DNA of 64,000 bases from a virus (taxonomy: Duplodnaviria; Caudoviricetes), in IMG/VR virus record IMGVR_UViG_3300035491_000042, positions 1-64,000 of that record. One strand, 5' to 3'. The notes beneath the pieces were generated by a model. That model was not told the origin of the DNA and did not search any database. It worked only from the letters and a program-made list of their open reading frames with translations. A program made the translations under genes and the position numbers. Numbering within the stretch: the first letter of the stretch is position 1; each line of letters starts with the position of its first letter. Positions 1-8,830 of this stretch are shown here, in pieces.

Positions 1-812
1 TCGTTATTGGTCTTGCGAGCGTAGTACATGATCAGGTACAGGCGATCAGCACTCAGCTTCTTCGACAGCACGTCCTTCGGCACGATGGAGTAAACCACGT
101 CGACATCTTCAGGAACGATTGCGATACCGTCATTCACGTCAACGATACGAATCTGGTCACCATAGGTGTATATCGCGTTTTTCGCTGCCTTGTTGGTGAA
201 TACTTCGATGTTGTTCACGCGAGAAACGTTGCTGATAGCAGACTCAACCGCTTTCTCATACTCACTGAAGCCGTCAGCGAAGATATGGATACCACCAGAG
301 GCTTCAGCCATCTTCGCCAGCATTTCACGGTCGGCATAGTAGCCATACTCGATGAATGCGATGGAGTGGTAGCGATCAGACAGCTTGTCCAGATTTGCGA
401 AGATATCGCTTTCACTGGAACTGTTGTTGTAGCCGTCAGTCATCATGATGAAGTTGTTGACTCGATCACCAGACAGGTTCAGCTTCATCGCCAGTTCCAG
501 CGGATCAGCGAACGCAGTGGCACCAACAGGCTTCAGGTAGCGGTCGATGGCGGTATGAACCGCTTGCAGGCTTTGCAGGTCATGGATCGGGGTGTTTTCG
601 AACACAACACCACACTGACCGCGACCACTGAACCAGATCACACTGACAGTATCGTCTTCTTTGGCGACCATGGAAACGTTGTTGCGCAGGTGTTCACGTA
701 CTTTCTCAAGACTACCGTACATGGAGTACGATACGTCAACAACGTAGACGTGATTACATGCTTGTTTGGTTGTGACGGACTTAGCGCCGCCGACTTCGAT
801 TACATCGAACAT
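1..812 (-). CDS. von Willebrand factor A domain protein (partial, runs off window start)
   Basis: Own translation from ATG 812: MFDVIEVGG...VYVVDVSYSM (MIDAS DxSxS)...FIMMTDG; frame open to position 1; absent from ORF track. Confidence 0.8.
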   Translation of the reverse strand, partial: MFDVIEVGGAKSVTTKQACNHVYVVDVSYSMYGSLEKVREHLRNNVSMVAKEDDTVSVIWFSGRGQCGVVFENTPIHDLQSLQAVHTAIDRYLKPVGATAFADPLELAMKLNLSGDRVNNFIMMTDGYNNSSSESDIFANLDKLSDRYHSIAFIEYGYYADREMLAKMAEASGGIHIFADGFSEYEKAVESAISNVSRVNNIEVFTNKAAKNAIYTYGDQIRIVDVNDGIAIVPEDVDVVYSIVPKDVLSKKLSADRLYLIMYYARKTNN

Positions 813-834
813 AGTTTGTTCCTTTTCTTGGTTA

Positions 835-1110
835 CTAATTGACAGGTTCGTATTTTAACTCGAAGACCGATGGAGTGCAAGGATAAAATTCACCCTTGAA
901 ACCACGAACGATGTAATCGCCACGCTGGGCAGTCATGATACCTTCCAGCGTTTTGATCCGTACCGTAGATGCACCATTTAGGCATCGAACTGCTTCGTGA
1001 CTATCAAAAGAATCCCCAAGGAAGTCTTTGACTTCCTGAAGATTCTCACCGTCCCAGATGAGAGCCTGAAACTTCAGTTCAGGCTTTGTCTTATACCAAA
1101 TAGCAGGCAT
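835..1110 (-). CDS. conserved phage hypothetical protein
   Basis: TLEGxMxAxxGDYIxxGxKGEFYPC motif common in phage proteins; tightly packed in operon. Confidence 0.7.
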   Translation of the reverse strand: MPAIWYKTKPELKFQALIWDGENLQEVKDFLGDSFDSHEAVRCLNGASTVRIKTLEGIMTAQRGDYIVRGFKGEFYPCTPSVFELKYEPVN

Positions 1111-1111
1111 A

Positions 1112-1978
1112 TTATGCTCCTACGCTCAGAGGTGCTTTGATCACACCGGCAGAGTTGTACCCATCCAGAGCACCAACGAAGTCGCGAGCATCCAGTTCCA
1201 GCGTACTCGCAAGTGTCTCACACCCACGCGGGAGAACGAACGTCGGTGATGCGAACTCAGGATTCTGCATATACTCGGTGACAGCTTCAGAATGGTTCAT
1301 GTAGAGGTGAGTATCACCCAACCAGCAACTCAGACGACCCGGTTTCAAACCAGTCCATGCAGCGAGCAGGTGAGTCAGCAGAGCGTAACTGGCGATATTG
1401 AACGGCAAACCGAGGAATGAGTCAACAGAGCGTTGCCACCAATGCAGGTCGAGATACTCGCCCTTACGAACGAAGCACTGAAAGCCAAGGTGGCACGGCT
1501 TCAACGCCATTGTGTCATCGCGGATATCTACTGGATTCCATGCCATCACGATATGATCGCGACGGTTCGTGTCCTCAGTCAGTTGTTTGATCAGATTGCC
1601 GATCTGATCAAGTTTCCGATCCCATGGGCCAATATTCCGAAACTGTGTTGGGTAAAGATCACCAACAAATTCTTTATCTTTGATCCCATGAGTATTCTGC
1701 CATCGTGCTGCGTCGTCATTCCAGATCGTCCAGCGCGGTTCGTCACTACCGTAAGTATATCGACGCAAGTCCTTCAGGCTGCTCGAACCAGAAAGGAACC
1801 ACAGTAGCTCACCGACAACGGCATTCCACTGGAGCGTCTTGGAGGTGACAGCCGGGAATCCATCAGCCAGATCGAATTCCATCGTCTGGTTCCAGATACT
1901 CAGGGTATCGCCGGTACGAGTGCTACGCAGCTCACCCTCTCGCATGATCTTGTCATACAGCTTTTTCATTTGCAGCAT
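1112..1978 (-). CDS. thyA: thymidylate synthase ThyA
   Basis: RTG, ELLWFL, MALKPCH (catalytic Cys), QRSVDSFLGLPFNIASY, GDTHLY motifs. Confidence 0.96.
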   Translation of the reverse strand: MLQMKKLYDKIMREGELRSTRTGDTLSIWNQTMEFDLADGFPAVTSKTLQWNAVVGELLWFLSGSSSLKDLRRYTYGSDEPRWTIWNDDAARWQNTHGIKDKEFVGDLYPTQFRNIGPWDRKLDQIGNLIKQLTEDTNRRDHIVMAWNPVDIRDDTMALKPCHLGFQCFVRKGEYLDLHWWQRSVDSFLGLPFNIASYALLTHLLAAWTGLKPGRLSCWLGDTHLYMNHSEAVTEYMQNPEFASPTFVLPRGCETLASTLELDARDFVGALDGYNSAGVIKAPLSVGA

Positions 1979-2969
1979 TTTTCATTTCCTTTTCAAATTC
2001 CAGTACATCTTTATCGATGGATTCTACAGTGTTCGCATGAATGTAGTCAACCATATCACCGTGTTTCTCTTTGAACGCCGTGATGAACTTACCAAGCTCT
2101 TTACCTTCGATGTTCAACAGCTCACCAATACGCACCATCGGGTACTGCTCCTTTGCCTGAATCGCTCTATTGCGCTCAGTCCACAATGCAGCATGTTCTA
2201 CCTGTGCATGTGGGAACTCTGCGAAGATTTCTGGGAGGAAACTTTCCTTTGGGTGCTTTTCCCAGCAAAAGTCGTTCAGATAACCGCGCTTCTCGTCGAT
2301 CCACTCAAGAAACGCTGTATACGTTGGGCGTTTACGGTCACGGACCCGAGCAGCATGGTTGCGGTTGTCGAGAAGATAGATTCTGGGCGAGAACCGTGGG
2401 TGCCCGGAAACATAACGAAACACCGCCTCTCGGTTCTCGAAACCTTCATTCCACAACTCGAATGAATACCCAAGGAACTCGATGGCCTCAGAGAATGTTC
2501 GTGTTAGTCTAATAACACCCAGCATATTAGTGCCATCTCGAACTGGTAGATGAAGCCCATCATGCCCAAACTTCATTCCCATTTTATGGGCGATGCGACC
2601 AATAAGATTACCGAGGTCATTGTACGAGAAGTACCCATGAGCAAAGTCGAGAACATCCCGAGGTAGGAAGATTACATCTACTTGAATCATACTCTTCCAT
2701 AGAAACGAGACGACATCCCCATTAACCACAACATACTCAGATCGTGGAAAATAAATAAGGAAACGTTCCTTCAGATCGATGTCCATCAGGATATCGATAT
2801 CACCAAAATCCTTCTTATCGGCAATATAATGCGGAATTTCGAAGATATTCGAAGATTTTTCGGCATTAAAAATCCGATTGAACGAATAACGAATGTCCTT
2901 GACGGTTTTAATCAACTCATCCTCAGTTATGCGTCGACCACCTTTGTCTTTAAATAGGTTACCACCCAT
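1953..2969 (-). CDS. Pol beta/PolX-superfamily nucleotidyltransferase
   Basis: Start refined to MGGNLF (RBS GGAG); FGDIDIL, QVDVIF third acidic residue, RIAHKMGMKFGHDGL resembling the PolX thumb motif. Confidence 0.7.
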   Translation of the reverse strand: MGGNLFKDKGGRRITEDELIKTVKDIRYSFNRIFNAEKSSNIFEIPHYIADKKDFGDIDILMDIDLKERFLIYFPRSEYVVVNGDVVSFLWKSMIQVDVIFLPRDVLDFAHGYFSYNDLGNLIGRIAHKMGMKFGHDGLHLPVRDGTNMLGVIRLTRTFSEAIEFLGYSFELWNEGFENREAVFRYVSGHPRFSPRIYLLDNRNHAARVRDRKRPTYTAFLEWIDEKRGYLNDFCWEKHPKESFLPEIFAEFPHAQVEHAALWTERNRAIQAKEQYPMVRIGELLNIEGKELGKFITAFKEKHGDMVDYIHANTVESIDKDVLEFEKEMKNAANEKAV

Positions 2970-2997
2970 AAATTTTCTCCAAAAAAGAACCCTTACA

Positions 2998-3879
2998 TCA
3001 GAACTCGATGTAAGGGTTAGCGACGGAAATAACGTTCTTGATGCCCAGTTCGAGCCAAAGACGAACCATGCAGGGTCGATCATCGATTGCCGTGGTAACA
3101 TTGTAGTGTGGTGCTACATGTTCCCAGAACAGGCGTTCTTTGACGACCGTATCAGGCTCATGGCTACCTTCCGGGCGCATGAAGAGGCGATCTTCTGTCA
3201 TATGACGGTCGACGTACTTCTTCAACCACGCTATCGTCTCATCTCGGCACACAGAGTCACGACCCGAAAGGAAAATGACTGTATGGTTAAACGTCAAACC
3301 AGACACCATACTGATGATCTCTTCGCGTGGTGTGTCGATCCCAACAGCAGCCCAGTCGAACGGGCTGCGATCACCCATCTTCGCAACAGTACCGTCCACG
3401 TCGACAATAACCGCATATGGTTTACCGCTGGTCTCTTTGTATACCTTACGACCGGAATACTTCAGCCAGCGCTGGTACATACTGTAGATGACTTCATGCC
3501 CAACACCATTAGGACGTGCAGCATCACGCGCATACGCTTCCTTCAGGGTGATCTGGAAATCCTTGATCTCGACTTCGTACCCAACACCTTCCAGCACACG
3601 GATCAGTCGATTACGAATCTTCTCGTTCAGGTTGGTGTCGGAGATGATCACGTTTCGTCCAGCTTCAGCAGCAGCTTCGATTGCAGAGATTTGCAGGTTT
3701 GTCACCAGCTCTTCATCGCCACGCCCGAAACGATAACGACGCCAGTCCAGATCACCCTTGATACAACGGCGAAGATCGTCACGGTTGATGTTAACGTATG
3801 TACCATCCTTCGCAATCAGCTCTTTTGCGAACGTAGTCTTGCCGGATGTCGGAATCCCGACAGTAATGATTGCTTTCAT
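2998..3879 (-). CDS. pseT: polynucleotide 5'-kinase/3'-phosphatase (T4 PseT-like)
   Basis: P-loop GIPTSGKT, NRDDLR, HAD DVDGT, SGR, DDR motifs. Confidence 0.93.
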   Translation of the reverse strand: MKAIITVGIPTSGKTTFAKELIAKDGTYVNINRDDLRRCIKGDLDWRRYRFGRGDEELVTNLQISAIEAAAEAGRNVIISDTNLNEKIRNRLIRVLEGVGYEVEIKDFQITLKEAYARDAARPNGVGHEVIYSMYQRWLKYSGRKVYKETSGKPYAVIVDVDGTVAKMGDRSPFDWAAVGIDTPREEIISMVSGLTFNHTVIFLSGRDSVCRDETIAWLKKYVDRHMTEDRLFMRPEGSHEPDTVVKERLFWEHVAPHYNVTTAIDDRPCMVRLWLELGIKNVISVANPYIEF

Positions 3880-4994
3880 CCTTTTTCCTCAATGTTCAGT
3901 TCTTTGCAGTAGCCAGCGAACAGCTTCAGGCGTTGGCGTTCATCAGCGTTCATGAACTGCTCTTCCGGTGTAGAGCGACGGTTGCGAGCTTGGAACATAA
4001 TCGCAGAGCAACGTTCGTCTTTCACAGCCAGAGCAAAATCTTTCTGATCGACAATACCCTTGGTTGCCTCCCATACACGGGCGAAGTCTTCCTTCATCAG
4101 GCGGCTTGCTTCGATGAAAGGAGCAAGGATAGGACGGTCTTCGGGGAAATACGAGAGGTATTCGTCAGCCTCATTGATCAGCGCCAGCGTCATAGCTCGC
4201 TTCTTGTTCAGACCATTTCCTTTAATCAAGTGGAGTGCCACGTATGTCGGAGACTTGACCTTGCACATAGGCACACCATCACGGTAGATGACGTAGCCTT
4301 CCTTCAGGTCAGGCAGGTTGCGAGCGGCTTCAACACAGTGCTCAACCGAGTCGAAGGTGTATGCCTTCGGACGCACCCAGCGCATTGCACCCAGCGTTTC
4401 GTCGGATACCTGAACGTAGTGCCCATCCTTATGGCGGGCTGCAAGAAAATGCAGTGTGTAACCTTCATATCTGGTTACTACACGGTTTTCTACACAGGTC
4501 AGCTCCAAAGAATAAGTGACGTTCTCGTCCAAAATACCGAGAGGCACAACATCGTCGAACTCGGTGGCTGCGTGATCGTCGTAGACTTTCAACACCAGCT
4601 CTTCAAACGTTGGCCCCCACATGCAGTTCGATTCAGCAAACGCTGTTCCGCGAGTGGCACAATGCCACTTACCGTTGAAAAAGAAGACACGGATCAGCGA
4701 GCCGTCAATCTTGTCATAACAGACATCATTCGGCTGAATGTCGAAGTTTACCGAGTCACCCTCACCGACGTTGAAGAAACGGTCAAAGGAGCGAGCCACC
4801 ACATCCAGATCATGTGTCAGCGTCAGACCACGGCATTCGCGAGTGATCGGAGACATCTTAGGAGATTCGATCTGACAGTAGTTGAGCACATAGAGCCCGT
4901 GCTCAGGGTAGTTCTTGACCGTGATGCCGTACTTGGTGTTCAGCTTCTCGATGCCGTGTTCTTTGATGAAGTCTACGACTTTCAGATTTTTCAT
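3876..4994 (-). CDS. rnlA: RNA ligase 1 (T4 RnlA-like)
   Basis: ECRGL, FDRFFN, motif I KIDGS, EGYV, KVKS. Confidence 0.9.
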   Translation of the reverse strand: MKNLKVVDFIKEHGIEKLNTKYGITVKNYPEHGLYVLNYCQIESPKMSPITRECRGLTLTHDLDVVARSFDRFFNVGEGDSVNFDIQPNDVCYDKIDGSLIRVFFFNGKWHCATRGTAFAESNCMWGPTFEELVLKVYDDHAATEFDDVVPLGILDENVTYSLELTCVENRVVTRYEGYTLHFLAARHKDGHYVQVSDETLGAMRWVRPKAYTFDSVEHCVEAARNLPDLKEGYVIYRDGVPMCKVKSPTYVALHLIKGNGLNKKRAMTLALINEADEYLSYFPEDRPILAPFIEASRLMKEDFARVWEATKGIVDQKDFALAVKDERCSAIMFQARNRRSTPEEQFMNADERQRLKLFAGYCKELNIEEKG

Positions 4995-5006
4995 GGTGTT
5001 GTCACC

Positions 5007-5249
5007 TTAGAATCGAGCGCGATTCAGTTCGAGTTTTGTGATTTGGTATTCAATAACATCGGTTCCTTTCGTGGCAACAATAGAAAGTGGTTGGTTGGCA
5101 CCGAGTCTGATCTTGCTACTGACATGATACCCATCATCTGCCAACATCTTCAGCTCAGTGTCTCGGGCGTTTTCGGCTTTCTTTTTTGAACTGAATGCAC
5201 CTGTGTTCATGTCGTTCATCTTCAGAATGTGAATGTATTGTGTAGCCAT
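5007..5249 (-). CDS. hypothetical protein
   Basis: ORF with RBS GAGGG, downstream of sigma70 promoter. Confidence 0.6.
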   Translation of the reverse strand: MATQYIHILKMNDMNTGAFSSKKKAENARDTELKMLADDGYHVSSKIRLGANQPLSIVATKGTDVIEYQITKLELNRARF

Positions 5250-5265
5250 AATATTGCCCTCTTTC

Positions 5266-5323
5266 AAAAAAAAATGCCCCGTTGGATACGAGGCATTGTA
5301 AGGGGTGACTGGCTCAGTGTCAA
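5266..5323 (-). promoter_or_regulatory. sigma70 promoter (TTGACA-17-TACAAT) overlapping an intrinsic terminator
   Basis: -35 at 5318-5323, -10 at 5295-5300; hairpin ATGCCTCG/CGGGGCAT followed by T-run on minus strand. Confidence 0.8.
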
Positions 5324-5955
5324 GCCATTTCTGGTGGGGTGTCTTGCTTCTTCGAGAACTTGAACATCAACCAACCACCGGCAGTGACAACCGTTGCAGC
5401 AATGACAGGCGCAACGTTTGCAGCCATCGCCGCGCCAGCGCCAGCAGGGGCGGCACCCGGTGTTACAGCAACAAGAACCATGAGGGACGCCGTTACCACG
5501 AAACTCACGACACCAGCGTACATGATCAGTGCTGACAGAGCACGTAGGACGCTCTTCAGGAACTTCGCAATACCACCTTCACGGGTGATCGGTTTAAATC
5601 CTTCCGCTTTCAGATTCTCGACGAAGTCCATGATGTCCTGTTCGTTGTCATACTTGACAACCTTACCTTTGTCTTTACCTTCGAACAGAATGGCTTGATG
5701 CTCAGAGCCGTTCTTAACGAAAATCCAGCGGGTGTTTCCTTTCTCAAGGAACATGAATCGCAGGCGGTCAGTTCCTTTCGCCAGAAGCTTCTGAAGGCTC
5801 GGCAGCAGTGCTTCGTTCAGTTGTTCTTCATGTTCTTGTAGGAAGGCCACCACCTCAGCTTCAAGCACAGCTCGTTGCTTTGGCGAGAAATTCGCCATGT
5901 CTTTGAGTTGTTCGCGAACTTCGTTCACAATACTTTCTTTCAGGATGTCACTCAT
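5320..5955 (-). CDS. late hypothetical membrane protein, possible internal virion protein
   Basis: TAAATA late motif and GGAG RBS upstream; two C-terminal hydrophobic helices. Confidence 0.6.
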   Translation of the reverse strand: MSDILKESIVNEVREQLKDMANFSPKQRAVLEAEVVAFLQEHEEQLNEALLPSLQKLLAKGTDRLRFMFLEKGNTRWIFVKNGSEHQAILFEGKDKGKVVKYDNEQDIMDFVENLKAEGFKPITREGGIAKFLKSVLRALSALIMYAGVVSFVVTASLMVLVAVTPGAAPAGAGAAMAANVAPVIAATVVTAGGWLMFKFSKKQDTPPEMA

Positions 5956-5996
5956 TTTTGTCTCCATGGATAAAGTGTATACCCATTATTTAGAGC

Positions 5997-6245
5997 CTAA
6001 CGGTGACGCTGGTAATTCTTTTTCTTCTCCCGCGCTTCCTTCAACGCGTGATAGAACTGCTTCGGCGTGATCGCAGCCAGTGCCTCTTTGCGTTGACTGG
6101 TGTAACACCAAAGGTTCTCTGTTAGCTTCTTACAGTCATTCATCTTGTCGGCGAAAGTATCACCGTAGTGTCGACCGTGGGTATCGTTCCAGACCTTAAC
6201 CATCTTCTCCAGAACGAACGTAGTGTCATGTTGTGTGAATTTCAT
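5997..6245 (-). CDS. hypothetical protein
   Basis: ORF track; operon packing. Confidence 0.6.
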   Translation of the reverse strand: MKFTQHDTTFVLEKMVKVWNDTHGRHYGDTFADKMNDCKKLTENLWCYTSQRKEALAAITPKQFYHALKEAREKKKNYQRHR

Positions 6246-6248
6246 ACA

Positions 6249-6524
6249 TTACCACCCCGCAAACACATCATAGGCTTCTTTTTTCTTGCGTGGCGCATGC
6301 ACCTTACGGAACAGCGAGAACGCCTCTTTAACAACCATACCCATGTTTCGGTTTCCAGCGTAAAAATCAACCGTCTTGGTGTGGACGTCGAAACGAACAC
6401 GCATGATAGCTACACCCTTGTTGTTCTGAACATACACAGGAAAGCCGGTTTCTTTGGCTTCGTTGATAGCGCGAATGATCTTACGCATCATAGTAGGGTG
6501 GGACAGAGAAGTCGAAGTGATCAT
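6249..6524 (-). CDS. hypothetical protein
   Basis: Start refined to MITSTS with RBS AGAGG. Confidence 0.6.
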   Translation of the reverse strand: MITSTSLSHPTMMRKIIRAINEAKETGFPVYVQNNKGVAIMRVRFDVHTKTVDFYAGNRNMGMVVKEAFSLFRKVHAPRKKKEAYDVFAGW

Positions 6525-6552
6525 GTTATAGCCTCTTTGTTTGCTAGTTGAA

Positions 6553-6594
6553 GGATCATCATAGTACACTCGTTGGAATGTACTATGATGATCC
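6553..6594. repeat. perfect 16-bp inverted repeat
   Basis: GGATCATCATAGTACA-10nt-TGTACTATGATGATCC, intergenic. Confidence 0.9.
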
Positions 6595-6630
6595 AAGGGC
6601 GGAGGGCAGTACCCTTGGATCAAACGGTTA

Positions 6631-6987
6631 TCAGGAAATTTTACAGAGAACCGCACGGCGGCCTTTTTCACCAGCGTTGCGCGGTTGTAGACCGGCACGT
6701 GTGATACCGCCGTGGGCAGTCGCTACATAACGAATTGCATTGTTGGCAGTCTGGATGTCAGTTTTGAGCATCCCAGCAACTTCGACTGCTGTCACCGTCT
6801 TCCCAGAAAGAGAACCAGTCATCCCAATCAGCTTGTTGCGAATCGCAACAGTTTCCGGTGTTGGCTGCTTGCCCATGTTCTTCGTCTGTTCTTTGAGAGC
6901 ACTGCGGAGCAGGTTTTCAATCTTGGTTACACTCACCTTGTTTTCTTTGGCGAATGTTTTGGCGATTTCTTTGATGTCAGTTTTCAT
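6631..6987 (-). CDS. putative winged-helix DNA-binding protein
   Basis: Start MKTDIK with GAGGTG RBS; TAVEVAGMLKTDIQTANNAIRY HTH-like segment; basic. Confidence 0.5.
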   Translation of the reverse strand: MKTDIKEIAKTFAKENKVSVTKIENLLRSALKEQTKNMGKQPTPETVAIRNKLIGMTGSLSGKTVTAVEVAGMLKTDIQTANNAIRYVATAHGGITRAGLQPRNAGEKGRRAVLCKIS

Positions 6988-7048
6988 ATCGTTCACCTCG
7001 TGATTTACTTTGATGCCGCGGTTGGTTACTTGGTTTACAGTTTGAATC

Positions 7049-7216
7049 TTACAGGTAGACGAAGACCTTGTCAATATGCAGAGACCGTTCTGGTGTTGGG
7101 AAGTCTTCGTCCCATACTTCACCAGCTAGACAGCCCCAGTCGAAGTAGTATGTGATCTCACCGGTACGGATCAGCGAGAACTTACAGATCGGAGCATACG
7201 AAAAATCGGTTTCCAT
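7049..7216 (-). CDS. small hypothetical protein (55 aa)
   Basis: Own translation METDFSYAPICKF...; GGGG RBS; fills the gap between neighbours. Confidence 0.5.
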   Translation of the reverse strand: METDFSYAPICKFSLIRTGEITYYFDWGCLAGEVWDEDFPTPERSLHIDKVFVYL

Positions 7217-7217
7217 G

Positions 7218-7433
7218 TTACCCCCTTACCGAATGCTTCATCATCCCCATGATGATATCGTCGACCGTGTTGATGACGTTCACCATGTCCATGATACACG
7301 CTCTTGCGACCTTGTCACCGCGTCGTTTGTGGGCTTCCATCAGCAGATCGTCGCGGTCTGCGTGGGTTGCCTCATCATCCTCGTCGACGACAAGAACACC
7401 TTGCTTCCACCCGGTAGCCATCTTACAGCTCAC
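7218..7433 (-). CDS. hypothetical protein
   Basis: ORF track; operon packing. Confidence 0.5.
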   Translation of the reverse strand: MSCKMATGWKQGVLVVDEDDEATHADRDDLLMEAHKRRGDKVARACIMDMVNVINTVDDIIMGMMKHSVRG

Positions 7434-7791
7434 CAGAGTCGATTTCTGCCAGTTCCAGCATGAAGATTCGGAAAGAACCGCCAGCAGGAGCAGGTCGACC
7501 GGGGATCAGCTTCGGGCCATTGTACTGGAAAACGATCATGTTGTCACCATTTTTCATGTCGATTTGTGCGTGATCAACCGGAATCTCGGTGTTGCACATG
7601 CGGTTAGCCAGCTCAACAGTTACCGGGTTGCCCATCGAGTACACCATCGATTCGGCGTTCTCGCGGATATACTGACCAGCCTGTTCAGGGGTCAACGGGT
7701 CGACCATGATATCGAATGCGGCTTCGGCGAACTTGGCTTCTACCATGTTCATGGAAAATGCATTGCTTACGAAAGTGCGCTTGGTAGTCAT
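7423..7791 (-). CDS. DUF1874/STIV B116/AcrIII-1-like protein (variant active site)
   Basis: NAFSMNM, SMGN (canonical SxGH), DHAQI..GD (canonical NRxxI..GD), Q..KL..G; 122 aa, typical size. Confidence 0.7.
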   Translation of the reverse strand: MTTKRTFVSNAFSMNMVEAKFAEAAFDIMVDPLTPEQAGQYIRENAESMVYSMGNPVTVELANRMCNTEIPVDHAQIDMKNGDNMIVFQYNGPKLIPGRPAPAGGSFRIFMLELAEIDSGEL

Positions 7792-7817
7792 AATAATACC
7801 TCTTTGGTTGGTTTTAC

Positions 7818-7853
7818 ATGTGGCACCATACTAGATGCCACATAGAAACTCAA
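7818..7853 (-). promoter_or_regulatory. hairpin-embedded sigma70-like promoter
   Basis: TTGAGT-17-TATGGT; -10 lies mostly in the loop of the ATGTGGCA/TGCCACAT inverted repeat. Confidence 0.6.
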
Positions 7854-8101
7854 CTAATACCTAATGCAGCCCGCTCAACGTCGGTAAGCTTGGCAATTGC
7901 TTGTTCTCTGATCTTACCTTGATGATACGAGATTGCATCATCTGCTGTGTCGTGAATGATGAACCGAACCGGTTTTACAAGGTCATGAGGACCAGCTAGC
8001 TTGCTTGCTTCAACCTCATCGGCGATATAGCAGTGGTGTCTATGAAACTCACCGCCGTCCCAACGAAGAACCTCGAATGCTTTGATGATTGTTGTTGTCA
8101 T
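7850..8101 (-). CDS. hypothetical protein
   Basis: ORF with GAGGTG RBS. Confidence 0.65.
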   Translation of the reverse strand: MTTTIIKAFEVLRWDGGEFHRHHCYIADEVEASKLAGPHDLVKPVRFIIHDTADDAISYHQGKIREQAIAKLTDVERAALGIS

Positions 8102-8110
8102 CTCGTCACC

Positions 8111-8452
8111 TCACTCTTCGCTGAAGTCTTTCAGTTGAGAATCGATCTCATCAATCAGATCGTTCATACTGGAGTCGCTGATAAGATCGTAATCGTTGCC
8201 CCAGATCAGAACATAGCAGCCTGCCTTGCGGAGGGTGTTTTTCTGATCAGACTCCGGGCGATTCCAGAGCTTCAGGACGTTGCATTCGGTTTGGCAGAGC
8301 TCAGACTTGATCAGCTCAACGTCACGAGTAGGCTCTTTGATAACCATCTCTTCGCCGTCACTGACGGTAAGGTGGATGTCGGAAGGGTGGGCGAAGATAA
8401 CCTTCAGCAGGTCGTCGACGACTTTTTGCTCGATTTCGCTTGCGTATTTCAT
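8111..8452 (-). CDS. hypothetical acidic protein
   Basis: Start refined to MKYASE after repeat promoter and RBS AAAGGGG. Confidence 0.65.
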   Translation of the reverse strand: MKYASEIEQKVVDDLLKVIFAHPSDIHLTVSDGEEMVIKEPTRDVELIKSELCQTECNVLKLWNRPESDQKNTLRKAGCYVLIWGNDYDLISDSSMNDLIDEIDSQLKDFSEE

Positions 8453-8485
8453 GATGATACCCCTTTCTTTGGTTTGGGCAGTTGG

Positions 8486-8531
8486 CTTTAGCTTGGGATC
8501 ATTTAACCATAATCCCAAGGTGAAGTCAACT
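8486..8531 (-). repeat. 46-bp promoter-hairpin repeat, copy 1
   Basis: AGTTGACTTCACCTTGGGATTATGGTTAAATGATCCCAAGCTAAAG (minus strand), identical in 4 copies. Confidence 0.95.
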
Positions 8532-8767
8532 CACTTCTCGACGTTCTTCGGGCGACGGGTCGCCCAAGTGGCGTTCTTGTGGTTGGTAGGTGCGACTTCG
8601 TACACATCACCGCAACCGACTCGGATAGTGCCATCCATGTACACGGCGGTAATGGGGGCGATTTCCTGCGGAGTGCCGACGAACTTGCCGTTACCGTCAC
8701 TGCCGTGGTTGATGACGACGTGTTCACCGACTTGCGGGAGGCGTTGTGCTGCTGATTGCTTGGTCAT
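8531..8767 (-). CDS. hypothetical protein
   Basis: Start MTKQSA with AAGGA RBS. Confidence 0.6.
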   Translation of the reverse strand: MTKQSAAQRLPQVGEHVVINHGSDGNGKFVGTPQEIAPITAVYMDGTIRVGCGDVYEVAPTNHKNATWATRRPKNVEK

Positions 8768-8795
8768 GATGGTGTTTCCTTTTTGCTTTGAGGTT

Positions 8796-8830
8796 GGGGA
8801 CATTTAACCATGTCCCCGGTCTGGTGTCAA
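8796..8830 (-). promoter_or_regulatory. variant promoter-hairpin element
   Basis: TTGACA-17-TTAAAT; same GGTTAA loop, different stem GGGGACAT/ATGTCCCC. Confidence 0.85.

Noticed and set aside
285-5189. Long plus-strand ORFs (285-842, 2893-3912, 3870-5189) and similar ones such as 23101-24048 and 33556-34362
   Set aside because: Antisense shadows of well-supported minus-strand genes; no motifs or RBS
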